A stretch of 64,000 nucleotides of DNA from an uncultured virus (IMG/VR IMGVR_UViG_3300025015_000024) (Duplodnaviria > Heunggongvirae > Uroviricota > Caudoviricetes). The stretch spans positions 1-64,000 of IMG/VR virus record IMGVR_UViG_3300025015_000024, one strand, 5' to 3'. The notes below the pieces were generated by a model that worked only from the letters and a program-made list of their open reading frames with translations, had not been told where the DNA came from and made no database searches. Numbering within the stretch: position 1 is the first letter of the stretch; each line of letters opens with the position of its first letter. Below, piece after piece: positions 9,732 through 19,085 of this stretch. The position numbers were made by a program, and so were the translations under genes.

Positions 9732-11105
9732 ATGATAATGAAAAAGATAAGGCAACAATATCCAGATTTACCACCACCAGAATACAGAAAACCGCATAGC
9801 AAACGGATGTTAAAGTTAGATATAGATGATGATAGTGAGGGTGAAATTGATAGATATTTAACTGAAAATCTTAATAATGGTTTATCTATGGAAGAAAATG
9901 TGAAAAAGGTAATAGACAAGGTTTTTAAAAATTCTGATTTATCAACAGATTTTGAAAGTTATGATATTTCCGTTATTGAGTTTGCAATATATAATTCATT
10001 TTTGGCAGATTGTATGACAAAAGAAATAGAGGGATTTAAAACAATAAATTATGGAGAATTAAAAGCATTAGATAAAATTAAATTTGGTGGAAATTTTAAA
10101 TCTAATTTTCCTTGGTTTTTTAATGTAAAATATAATCATCCAGATTATAAAAATAATACTATATTATTTCAAACAAGAATATATAGAGGTGATAATGGTG
10201 TTGTTAATTATGAATTAAATATATCATTTGAATCTGCAGTTCCATATAAAATTGGTTTTAACATATATAATACATTTCAAAAGGTAGCATTTAATCATTC
10301 AGAATATAAAGGAAAATGTCTGGAAGTTAAAATAGATGAAGGAAATTTTTCAGGTATAAAAATTATCCCAACAGATAATTTTAAAACAGATATTATTTTA
10401 ACTGATATGCAAAAAAAATTTTATGAGCATTTTGTTAAAAGAATTTTAAGGGGTAATCAGTCAAGATATTTATTAAATGGAATTCCTGGAACTGGCAAAA
10501 CAGAAATGATTAGAAAAATAATAAAAAATGTAGTTCCCAATGCAACATTTATTATACCAGATTTTACAAATATTAACGATTTAAAAACAATATTAGAATC
10601 CTGTGAAGTATTTGAGCCTGGTATAATTGTAATTGATGATATTGATATTTACCTTGGAGACCGTGATAGGGGTTCTCACTCTGGACTATTAGCAGATTTT
10701 TTAACTTATTTTGATGGAGTTAAAAAAAGAAATATCTCTATTCTTGCATCCACAAATAATAAAAATCTTCTTGATAAGGCAGCAGAAAGACCTGGTAGAT
10801 TTAATATTATTCTTGACTTCTCTTATTTGGAAGATGAGCAAATTAATGAGGTTGTGGATATGTATTTACCAAAAAAATGGAGAAAAAAAGAGATTTATGA
10901 AACATTAAAAGGAAATGATAATAAAGGTGTAAAAATTAAAATAAGTGGAGCATTTATTGCCAATCTTGCAGAAAATATAATTGAAATGTCCAAGGATAAT
11001 AAAGATTGGTCTTTAGATGACACCCTATTACTTATTAAAGAATCCTACGCTGGATTTTATAATTCTCAAATGAGCAAAGAAAAGAAACTTGGGTTCAATA
11101 TTTAA
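9732..11105 (+). CDS. AAA+ ATPase
   Basis: Walker A GIPGTGKT, Walker B VIDDID, sensor/arginine finger STNN...AAERPGRF, C-terminal LGF. Confidence 0.9.
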   Translation: MIMKKIRQQYPDLPPPEYRKPHSKRMLKLDIDDDSEGEIDRYLTENLNNGLSMEENVKKVIDKVFKNSDLSTDFESYDISVIEFAIYNSFLADCMTKEIEGFKTINYGELKALDKIKFGGNFKSNFPWFFNVKYNHPDYKNNTILFQTRIYRGDNGVVNYELNISFESAVPYKIGFNIYNTFQKVAFNHSEYKGKCLEVKIDEGNFSGIKIIPTDNFKTDIILTDMQKKFYEHFVKRILRGNQSRYLLNGIPGTGKTEMIRKIIKNVVPNATFIIPDFTNINDLKTILESCEVFEPGIIVIDDIDIYLGDRDRGSHSGLLADFLTYFDGVKKRNISILASTNNKNLLDKAAERPGRFNIILDFSYLEDEQINEVVDMYLPKKWRKKEIYETLKGNDNKGVKIKISGAFIANLAENIIEMSKDNKDWSLDDTLLLIKESYAGFYNSQMSKEKKLGFNI

Positions 11106-11298
11106 AATATTATTTACAAAAACCTATCAATTTGCATTAAATGGCCCCTGTTATCCATTTTGGGAATTTTGGTATAAATTATTAAAAAAAGGAATTAATC
11201 CATATAATTGGTCATCTGGATACACAAGTAACCCTATTAGATTAAAATGGATTTTATATAGTAGTAAAACAATGTTTAAAAAACATTATTAAAATGAA

Positions 11299-11784
11299 AT
11301 GAAAAAATATGCTGGAATAGGAAGTAGAAAAGTACCTGAAGAAATTGGGAATTTAATGACTAAAATATCTGAAAAATTATCAGAAAAAGGTTATTTACTT
11401 CGTAGTGGCCATGCAGCAGGAAGTGATACTTTTTTTGAAAATGGTGTTAAAGTATCAATTATTGATGGAAAACCAATATATAATAAAGAAATATTTACAG
11501 CTTGGGATTGTACAAAAGAAGCAATGATAGTGGCAAGTAATTATCATCCGGCATTTCATAATTGTAATAATTATGCAAAAAAATTACATGGAAGAAATGC
11601 AATGATAATACTGGGAAAAGATTTAAATGACCCTGTTGATTTTGTAATTTGTTATACAGATAATGGAAAAGATAAAGGTGGAACTGGATTGGGTATAAGA
11701 GTTGCAGAAGATAAAAAAATTAAAATTTATAATCTTTTTTTTCCAGAAATAAGAGAAAAATTTGAAAAATGGATATTAAAATAA
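11299..11784 (+). CDS. SLOG/DprA-like nucleotide-binding protein
   Basis: YAGIGSR, LRSGHAAGSD, RNAMIILG and GGTG motifs. Confidence 0.75.
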   Translation: MKKYAGIGSRKVPEEIGNLMTKISEKLSEKGYLLRSGHAAGSDTFFENGVKVSIIDGKPIYNKEIFTAWDCTKEAMIVASNYHPAFHNCNNYAKKLHGRNAMIILGKDLNDPVDFVICYTDNGKDKGGTGLGIRVAEDKKIKIYNLFFPEIREKFEKWILK

Positions 11785-12170
11785 AAATAGGTGACATAAT
11801 TGATATTATTGGCCCTGGGACTTTAAGAGTTGAAACTGATAAACATAAAAGAGTGTTTAAAGTTGAATTTTTAAATAATATAACAGAAAAAATAAATCAA
11901 ACTAAATTTAGTTGTAATATTATACCCCCTATATTATCGATAGAATATGTACCATTACAGATAAAAACAACAAAACAATTATATAATTTTATATCTGAAT
12001 ATTATTTTTTTTCTCAAAAATATGAAAAAAAAAATATTATCATAACCGATAAAAATAATATTAAATATAAATTAGTAAATTTTGTAGTAATCTCAGGTGA
12101 TATTAATATTAATAATAATGAATATTTATCTACTTGTAGTTTTGACCATGTTAAACAAAATATAATTTAA
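11769..12170 (+). CDS. Hypothetical protein
   Basis: ORF in the operon. Confidence 0.55.
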   Translation: MDIKIKIGDIIDIIGPGTLRVETDKHKRVFKVEFLNNITEKINQTKFSCNIIPPILSIEYVPLQIKTTKQLYNFISEYYFFSQKYEKKNIIITDKNNIKYKLVNFVVISGDININNNEYLSTCSFDHVKQNII

Positions 12171-12176
12171 AAGAAA

Positions 12177-12557
12177 ATGGATGAAAGATTATTGTATGAA
12201 GTAGAAAATCAGAAAGAAGAATTCTTTTTAACTGCAATTAAAAATTTAATAAAAAAAAATAATTATTTAAATCTTATTATCAAACAAAAAGAAGGGACTA
12301 TTACACAAAAAGAATTTGATAAAGAGATAAAAGATAATCCAAAAAAATATGTGATTGAACAATATAACTTAAAAGACCCGAATAACATTACCTTTGTTAT
12401 TGAAATATACAGAAAACTTGAAAAGTTTTTTAAAGAAACTAATAATGAAAATATTGGAATTGATGAAATTGCAGAATTATTTTCAATCAATATAAAACAA
12501 TTTATTGATACGGTTTATATGTTAAAATCAAATTTTTTAAAACAGTTTAAAATATAA
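12177..12557 (+). CDS. Hypothetical protein
   Basis: ORF in the operon. Confidence 0.6.
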   Translation: MDERLLYEVENQKEEFFLTAIKNLIKKNNYLNLIIKQKEGTITQKEFDKEIKDNPKKYVIEQYNLKDPNNITFVIEIYRKLEKFFKETNNENIGIDEIAELFSINIKQFIDTVYMLKSNFLKQFKI

Positions 12558-12581
12558 GATTTTTAGTTTAAAAAAATAATT

Positions 12582-12881
12582 ATGATTACTATAATTGATT
12601 TATATGATAAATTTAGTCAAGAAGAATGGGATTTAAAAATTAATTCTGATTCTTATAAATTAAAACATAATTATAGTAGTTTTCATCCAAGTACATATTT
12701 TAGAATACAAGTTATAATAAAAAATATTTTTAATATTTGTACAACAACAAATCAAGTTGAAGTATTATGGGAACGATGGTTTAAAAAGTGTTATGGTAAT
12801 TCTTGCGTTGGTGCTTCTGTTTATGATAGAGAAGATGAAAAATCAGTTATAAGTGCATTTATCTGGTATATGACTAAATAG
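12582..12881 (+). CDS. Hypothetical protein
   Basis: ORF with an A-rich start context. Confidence 0.55.
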   Translation: MITIIDLYDKFSQEEWDLKINSDSYKLKHNYSSFHPSTYFRIQVIIKNIFNICTTTNQVEVLWERWFKKCYGNSCVGASVYDREDEKSVISAFIWYMTK

Positions 12882-12950
12882 CTTGGTATAATAGTTGATA
12901 ATAGAAAAATTAAATAATTAAAATAATAACAATCTAAAATTTATAAAAAT

Positions 12951-13439
12951 ATGACAACAACAAAAAACAATTTGGTAAAAAGAATTTTTACTAAACAATT
13001 TCCATCTTTATTCAAAGAATTTGATAATGTATTTGATTTTGATGATATTTTCACATATCCAAGGTATCTGGATAGGTCAGGTGGTTCATTACTAACAAAA
13101 TGGACTAATAAAAAACCTCTAATGAATGTATCAGAAACAGAAAATGATTATACTGTTGAATTATCAGTTCCAGGATTAACAAAAGAAAATGTCAAGATTG
13201 AACTAAATGATGACATTTTGACAGTTAAAGGACAAAAAAATGAGAAGGAATCCGAACAACAAGATAACTATTCTTATTCAGAATTTTCTTATAGTGGATT
13301 TGAAAGAAGTTTTACGCTTCCTGAAAATGTTAATACTGAAGAAATTAGTGCTAAACATGAAAATGGTATTTTAAAATTAACCATTCCAAAATTGGAAATA
13401 AAAAAAGTTAGGTCATCAAAGGAAATTAAAGTTAGTTAA
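12951..13439 (+). CDS. Small heat-shock protein Hsp20
   Basis: ELSVPGLTKENVKIEL, FERSFTLPENV, AKHENGILKLTIPK and the C-terminal IxV motif. Confidence 0.95.
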   Translation: MTTTKNNLVKRIFTKQFPSLFKEFDNVFDFDDIFTYPRYLDRSGGSLLTKWTNKKPLMNVSETENDYTVELSVPGLTKENVKIELNDDILTVKGQKNEKESEQQDNYSYSEFSYSGFERSFTLPENVNTEEISAKHENGILKLTIPKLEIKKVRSSKEIKVS

Positions 13440-13482
13440 AAAAATTAATAGGAGTATGGTTGATAATTCCGCTACCTAAACT

Positions 13483-13731
13483 TTGAAATTAATTAATAAT
13501 GTTATTGGATTATTTGATGATTTAATTTGTTTATTTTATCCAAAATATTGTGAGGTCTGTAAAGAATTGTTATTTAAACATGAAGAGGGGGTTTGTTTAT
13601 ATTGTGGGTGGGGGTTTCCTTGGAATATTTCTGATAAAGAGTTAGAAAGATTGTTAGAGGGATCAGAAAAGTTAGAAGAAATAACAGATGAATCATATCT
13701 ATCAAAAATAGAAAAATTTAGTTTTTTATGA
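13483..13731 (+). CDS. ComF-like N-terminal zinc-ribbon fragment
   Basis: LFYPKYCEVC...VCLYC; the PRTase domain is absent. Confidence 0.5.
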   Translation: MKLINNVIGLFDDLICLFYPKYCEVCKELLFKHEEGVCLYCGWGFPWNISDKELERLLEGSEKLEEITDESYLSKIEKFSFL

Positions 13732-13937
13732 AAATAAATTTGGGTTTCTCAATTATTTTACTTATCTTTGTATTCTAATTAACTTAAATTATTAACTTTT
13801 AAAATAATTTTAGATGGGGACGAGTAAAATAAGATTGAAAAGAGTTGATGGGATGGGTTGGAATCATTTATAAAAATAAATGAGAGATTATCTAAATAAA
13901 TTAATGACTATTTATATTAAAAAAAATTAAAATAAGC

Positions 13938-14216
13938 ATGAAAACAAAGAAAACATTTTTTATGGTTTTTATGGAGAGAAATTCCGATAAAAAACCTCGT
14001 AGGATTGATGAGCCGATAGCAAAAGATGATGGGCAAAATATATTATCGTATGAACACGATAATATAGAAGATGCTATTGCCGAAGCAAGGGCAACACACA
14101 TGAGGTCTGGAGCAGATATTTTTGTTTTACAAGCAATAAAAATGTTTTCAGACCCTATTGACCATAAAGAATATTCATTATTAGATGGATGTTCCGCCAA
14201 AAATAATGGAGTATAA
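13938..14216 (+). CDS. Hypothetical protein
   Basis: ORF downstream of the host-type promoter near 13770. Confidence 0.55.
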   Translation: MKTKKTFFMVFMERNSDKKPRRIDEPIAKDDGQNILSYEHDNIEDAIAEARATHMRSGADIFVLQAIKMFSDPIDHKEYSLLDGCSAKNNGV

Positions 14217-14271
14217 CAAGAGGATTAACTCAACACTAATGATTTTTTAAATTATTATATTAAAATAAACA

Positions 14272-14535
14272 ATGGAAACAACAATTGAAACAACAATTAT
14301 AGTCAGAATTAAAAAATATAGTTATAAAAAATTACAAGAGATGGAAATAAAAACAAGTAATACTACTGATGATAAAATACATAAAAATGCAACATCTCAA
14401 CTATCTGGAAATTATTTAATTATATTGGAAGGAGATTTAACACAAGAAAATCCACTTATTAGAACAGTTTATAATTTAAGTGATGTTGTTTCATGGTCAT
14501 CAAGAAAAATAAAAAGAAATAGTTATGGACAATAA
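14272..14535 (+). CDS. Hypothetical protein
   Basis: Short ORF with an A-rich start. Confidence 0.55.
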   Translation: METTIETTIIVRIKKYSYKKLQEMEIKTSNTTDDKIHKNATSQLSGNYLIILEGDLTQENPLIRTVYNLSDVVSWSSRKIKRNSYGQ

Positions 14536-14633
14536 TACAGAATCAACACTTTCAAATTTATTAATTACTTTTTTAATAAGTAGATATTTTAAAACAAATA
14601 ATCATAACCGTAAAACAAAAACAGAGCAAACAA

Positions 14634-14888
14634 ATGGAACAGGAAATAATAAAGGTGTTGAAACAGTATTCAGTAAAATATAAACAACTACATGCAACCG
14701 AAGATGATTTGGTTGTTATTGGTGACCACTTTCAAGAAATATCAAAAGAAGTAGCAAAAATTATTTCTTCAAATAGTGGCGGATTATTGCCACTGGCAGT
14801 AAGGTTTGGGTATAAACAATATGAGCAAGGGAATAATCTTGAATATGCGTTGATTGAATTTAATAAACTAATCGGCAATGACCGCTAA
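14634..14888 (+). CDS. Hypothetical protein (cassette-like)
   Basis: ORF ending in GCTAAC and followed by the 40-bp repeat. Confidence 0.55.
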   Translation: MEQEIIKVLKQYSVKYKQLHATEDDLVVIGDHFQEISKEVAKIISSNSGGLLPLAVRFGYKQYEQGNNLEYALIEFNKLIGNDR

Positions 14889-14891
14889 CAT

Positions 14892-14931
14892 GGGGATTGC
14901 CGCAATACTAAATATTTTAAACCAAATAATT
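14892..14931 (+). repeat. Dispersed repeat GGGGATTGYCGCAATACTAAATATTTTAAAnCAAATAATT
   Basis: Copies at 14892-14931 and 15893-15932, core only at 24854-24869; each follows a YTAAC or TATAA(C/G) motif. Confidence 0.8.
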
Positions 14932-15230
14932 TATGAAAAGTAAATTTAAAAAAAGAACAAAATATAAATCTTTATGCGTGATAGATTCTCCTAATGGTCT
15001 TATTCGAGAAAGGACTATTTTAACTGGTAAAGAATGGATAGATATATTAGTATATGACGTTGGACAGAGTTTTAAACAAATATTTAAGATTGTTTCTATA
15101 AAATAAATTTTAAATATAAATAAAAATTACGACTATGGCAAACGAAATTATGACCGAAGAAACAAAGCAACAAACAAAGAAAATGGAAAACTTTTGATAT
15201 TTCAGAATGTCAAGATATTGATGGTTAAAA

Positions 15231-15362
15231 TTGATTCATTTGTACGATGGGGTAACGTGGAAAGAGGTAAATAATTGTGAATTGAAAACTGTTTTTAAAG
15301 ATGGTAAAATTGAGAACGAACAAACACTATCACAAATCAGAGAACCCTTAAAAACCTTTTAA
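15231..15362 (+). pseudogene. C-terminal remnant resembling nicotinamide phosphoribosyltransferase
   Basis: Reads HLYDGVTWKEVNNCELKTVFKDGKIENEQTLSQIREPL, like the NAMPT C-terminal VFxDGK...TLxxIR block; no intact upstream ORF. Confidence 0.5.
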
Positions 15363-15584
15363 TTTTTTAAAACAAATAATATGGATAGAAAACGTAAAAT
15401 TTTAGTAGAACGATTAGAAAGAATTTTTCCAAAAATGGATTTGTATTTTCCAACAACATTATTTAATGATGAAAAAGATTGCTCACCAGAACATACAATA
15501 AATTGGTATGAATTTTTGGGGAAATTGGAAAAGAATGGATTAAAAATAAAAAATTCAAAATAAAAACTTTTAAAATTTAATGAT

Positions 15585-15860
15585 ATGGAAAATGATGTAG
15601 AAATTGCAAAGAGGCAAATTGAAGCACTTGAAATGCTTAAAAAAGAATATGGCGAAGAAAAATTCAATGAAGTTTCTAATGAACTTAATACTAATATTCA
15701 ATTTGTTGATATGGGTTATGCTGTATTAATGATTGGAAATACGTTAGCAATAAGATATGGACAAGATAAAGAATATGCACCAAGACAAAAAATAGCTGAC
15801 AGATACAGTAGTAAAAAATGTATGATAGAAATTTTAAAAGTTTTTCTCACAGAACTATAA
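15585..15860 (+). CDS. Hypothetical protein
   Basis: ORF followed by a repeat copy. Confidence 0.55.
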   Translation: MENDVEIAKRQIEALEMLKKEYGEEKFNEVSNELNTNIQFVDMGYAVLMIGNTLAIRYGQDKEYAPRQKIADRYSSKKCMIEILKVFLTEL

Positions 15861-15937
15861 TCGAAGCACAAAAGTAGTATTGGTTATAACAGGGGGATTG
15901 TCGCAATACTAAATATTTTAAAACAAATAATTGTAAA

Positions 15938-16441
15938 ATGAAAAAAATATTTTATGGATATTTTTGGTCTGATTTATACCACAATATTAAAAGTGGTTTA
16001 AAATCTTTATTTATTTACTTGCCAATCATATGGAAAATGAGGGATTGGGATTATATGTTTATTCTTCAGATGCAAGAATTTCAAATAAAACGATTGCATG
16101 ATTATATTAAAAAACGTAAAATAGAAGTTGATGAAAATAGAATTCCAAAAGAAAAAGACATGGAAAGATGTCTTGAACTATTAAATAACATAATTGAGGA
16201 TAACTATATTGACAGATTGGGTGGGTTACATTCATTTAAATATTCTTTTGAATTTGAAAAAGTTAAGGATAAGGAAGATTTATATACAATAAAAGAATCC
16301 AGAACTGAAGAAGAAATAAAAGAAGACAGTGAGAAAATGATAAAATCACATGAAATGGAAAGAGAGGAATGGGATGAATTGTGGGATATAATTAAAAAAG
16401 GAAAAAATTATAATTGGGGATTGAATAGTTGGTGGAATTAA
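15938..16441 (+). CDS. Hypothetical phage protein
   Basis: PIIWKMRDWDY ... SWWN motif pattern. Confidence 0.75.
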   Translation: MKKIFYGYFWSDLYHNIKSGLKSLFIYLPIIWKMRDWDYMFILQMQEFQIKRLHDYIKKRKIEVDENRIPKEKDMERCLELLNNIIEDNYIDRLGGLHSFKYSFEFEKVKDKEDLYTIKESRTEEEIKEDSEKMIKSHEMEREEWDELWDIIKKGKNYNWGLNSWWN

Positions 16442-16546
16442 AAAAAGATGGAAATGATAGAACTACAACTTTGTGATATAGAATCATTTAAAACTTTTTA
16501 CAATCAAATGTTAGAACTTTAAAACAGTTTAAAATATAACGTTATG

Positions 16547-16660
16547 GGAAAATCAAAGAGATAACTGAGTATCTATTGGAAGAATATCTCAAATTGAAGG
16601 GAGTAGCAACTTGCAATAGTCACCACCAATTCGGGTTGGAAGAACATTTAAAATTGAATG
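16547..16660 (+). pseudogene. C-terminal fragment of the LEEHLKL paralog family
   Basis: KIKEITEYLLEEYLKLKGVAT-CNSHHQFG-LEEHLKL; homologous to 18820-19080 and 49615-49911. Confidence 0.7.
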
Positions 16661-16684
16661 GAATAATAATTAAAAAAATAAATT

Positions 16685-17854
16685 ATGAATAAATCAGTTC
16701 AATATATAACTCATTTAGGGGATTTACATTGTAGAAATTATTCTCGTAAAGAAGAATATTATGATTGTTTTAAAAGGTTTTTAAAAAAACAAAGAGAATT
16801 AAAACCAGATAGAATTATTATAACTGGCGATATAACACACCAAAAATCTTATATGTCTGGGGATTTAATTAAAATGATGTCATGGTTTTTTAAAGAATGT
16901 TTAGATATTTGTCCGTTAATTATTATTAATGGAAATCATGATAGTGTACTTTATGTAAAAGACAGGTTGGACAATGTATCTCCAATAGTTCAATCACTGG
17001 ATAAAAAAGATATCTGGCATTTTACAGAAAGTGGAAATTATGTTGATAATTATGATGAAAATATTGTTTATTGCGTGTGGAGTTGTTTGGATAATCAAAA
17101 AGACCCACAGTTAAATAAATACAAAGAAAAATATGACAAAGAAAATAAAAAAACATATATAACTTTATTTCACGGACAAGTGAAAGGATGTTTAACAGAT
17201 CAAAATTTTAAATTTTCTGAAGGGTTTGATATTAATAATTTTAAAAATTCTTCAATTTGTATGTTGGGAGATATTCACAAAAGACAATCATTTGAAATTA
17301 AAAATGATGATAATTCAATTTGTCCCATACTTTATTGTGGTTCATTAATATGTCAAAATTATTCTGAATCAAATAATAAAGGTTTTATATTTTGGGATGT
17401 TAAAAAAAGAACTTATCAGTTTCATTCTGTAGAAAATGATTATGGTTTTTATACAATAGAATTAAATGGTTTTGATAATCTGAATAATAATCCAAATGAA
17501 AAGAATTTAAAAATAAGTAAAAAACCAAATATTAGAGTTATTTGGAAAGATAATTCAAATAATTATAGTTCAATAAGGCAAAATGAGATAAAAGAATATT
17601 ATCAGAATAAATATAATCCAATTAGTTTAACAGTAAATTTTGATTCTGTTGATTCAAACGAATTAATGAATATTGATAAAGATAGTTCAGATAATATCAG
17701 TAATCCAGAAATTCAAAAGAAATTAATATTAGAGTTTTTGATAGAGAATAATCAAATAGATGATGAAGAATTGGAAATAGAGATTGATGGCGAGTTGTTA
17801 AAAGAAAAAGAACATGATGGGAAATTAAAACCAGTATGTTTTGATACATTATGA
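16685..17854 (+). CDS. Mre11/SbcD-like nuclease (T4 gp47-like)
   Basis: GDLH, TGD, GNHD, FHG, GDIHK and YCGS metallophosphoesterase motifs. Confidence 0.9.
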   Translation: MNKSVQYITHLGDLHCRNYSRKEEYYDCFKRFLKKQRELKPDRIIITGDITHQKSYMSGDLIKMMSWFFKECLDICPLIIINGNHDSVLYVKDRLDNVSPIVQSLDKKDIWHFTESGNYVDNYDENIVYCVWSCLDNQKDPQLNKYKEKYDKENKKTYITLFHGQVKGCLTDQNFKFSEGFDINNFKNSSICMLGDIHKRQSFEIKNDDNSICPILYCGSLICQNYSESNNKGFIFWDVKKRTYQFHSVENDYGFYTIELNGFDNLNNNPNEKNLKISKKPNIRVIWKDNSNNYSSIRQNEIKEYYQNKYNPISLTVNFDSVDSNELMNIDKDSSDNISNPEIQKKLILEFLIENNQIDDEELEIEIDGELLKEKEHDGKLKPVCFDTL

Positions 17855-17882
17855 AAATTGTAGTTTTAATATTTAAAAGAAA

Positions 17883-18737
17883 ATGATACATAATTTTAAA
17901 GAATCAATAGATTTTTATTATAACAGAAATAAAAATAATAAAAATAAATATGAATTATTACGTATGCATACTCTATATATTGAAGGGTTATGTAAAGAAT
18001 TTAAAAAATTTAATGACAAATTATCACAGGCAATAGTTAGTAAAGTTGCAATTAAAAGATTTCATCCCACCAATATTAACAATAAAGAATTCTGGAAATA
18101 TGCAAAGAAAAAATTTCCTATGTTTAGTGTCTGCGGAGCCTATTCTAAGAATATAGATAATTGTAATAAAAATACATTACTTATATCAGAATTGTTGGGG
18201 TTATATCCATTTATGATGGAAATAATAAATAAATCAAAGGAAATACTTAATATTTTTGAAATAGGATATGGTCATGGGAATGTGTTTGAAAAAATAAATA
18301 AAATATCAAATTATATAGGTATTGATTTTTATAAGATAAAAAAACTTAATAAACATTATAATCTTATTGTCATAAATAAATCAGGGATACCAAATAAACT
18401 GATAAAAGATAAAAGTCTAGATATAGTTTATTCCGTTAATGTTTTACAACATTGTTCACAAAAAGATAGGTTTGATTATATTACACAAGGATATAAAAAA
18501 TTAAAATCTGGTGGTTATTTTATTGGTTCTTGTTTTTTAGAAACAAAAGAAAATACTGATAGTAATATTTGGGGATTGGTAGATGAGAATGATAGAAAAT
18601 ACTGTCATTTTTTAAATCAATTAACAGAGGTAGATAAAGAAGAAGAGTTAAAAAATTTATTTAATAATTTAGGATTTAAAATTATTAAGTTTAAAATTGA
18701 TTATATTAATATTTTGGGCTTTATATTAAGAAAATAA
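17883..18737 (+). CDS. Class I SAM-dependent methyltransferase
   Basis: FEIGYGHG, YIGID, DIVYSVNVLQH and LKSGG motifs. Confidence 0.8.
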   Translation: MIHNFKESIDFYYNRNKNNKNKYELLRMHTLYIEGLCKEFKKFNDKLSQAIVSKVAIKRFHPTNINNKEFWKYAKKKFPMFSVCGAYSKNIDNCNKNTLLISELLGLYPFMMEIINKSKEILNIFEIGYGHGNVFEKINKISNYIGIDFYKIKKLNKHYNLIVINKSGIPNKLIKDKSLDIVYSVNVLQHCSQKDRFDYITQGYKKLKSGGYFIGSCFLETKENTDSNIWGLVDENDRKYCHFLNQLTEVDKEEELKNLFNNLGFKIIKFKIDYINILGFILRK

Positions 18738-18819
18738 AGTATGAAATCAAAAAGACAATCCACCCCTGGGGGTGGTTATGAAGAATTTATTGATATATTA
18801 AATCAGGAAAATATTTCTT

Positions 18820-19082
18820 AAAACTCTTAATGAATATCCAGATTCAATATTTTATGTTTATAAAGATAAATTTTATATTGAATATAATAAAAAAACTAAC
18901 CATGCCTGGGTAGATTATAATAGAATATGGAAAATTTTTTCATCCAAATATCATTGTAATTCTCAGGAAATCAAGAAGATAACAACTGACCTGTTGGAAG
19001 AACATTTAAAATTGAAGGGAGTAACAACTATGGGCTTTGTCCATATTTTCTGACTGCCGTTGGAAGAACATTTAAAATTGAT
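18820..19082 (+). pseudogene. 5'-truncated paralog of ORF 49615 (LEEHLKL family)
   Basis: KTLNEYPDSIFYVYKDKFYIEYNKK...TTDLLEEHLKLKGVTTMGFVHIF*LPLEEHLKL; no start codon. Confidence 0.75.
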
Positions 19083-19085
19083 AAG

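Noticed and set aside
18994..19081. 22-bp direct repeats with a ~44-bp spacer (also 16576-16658) as a mini-CRISPR
   Set aside because: The repeats are in-frame coding sequence (LEEHLKL) of a paralog family, the spacers share their 5' part, and no cas genes are present.
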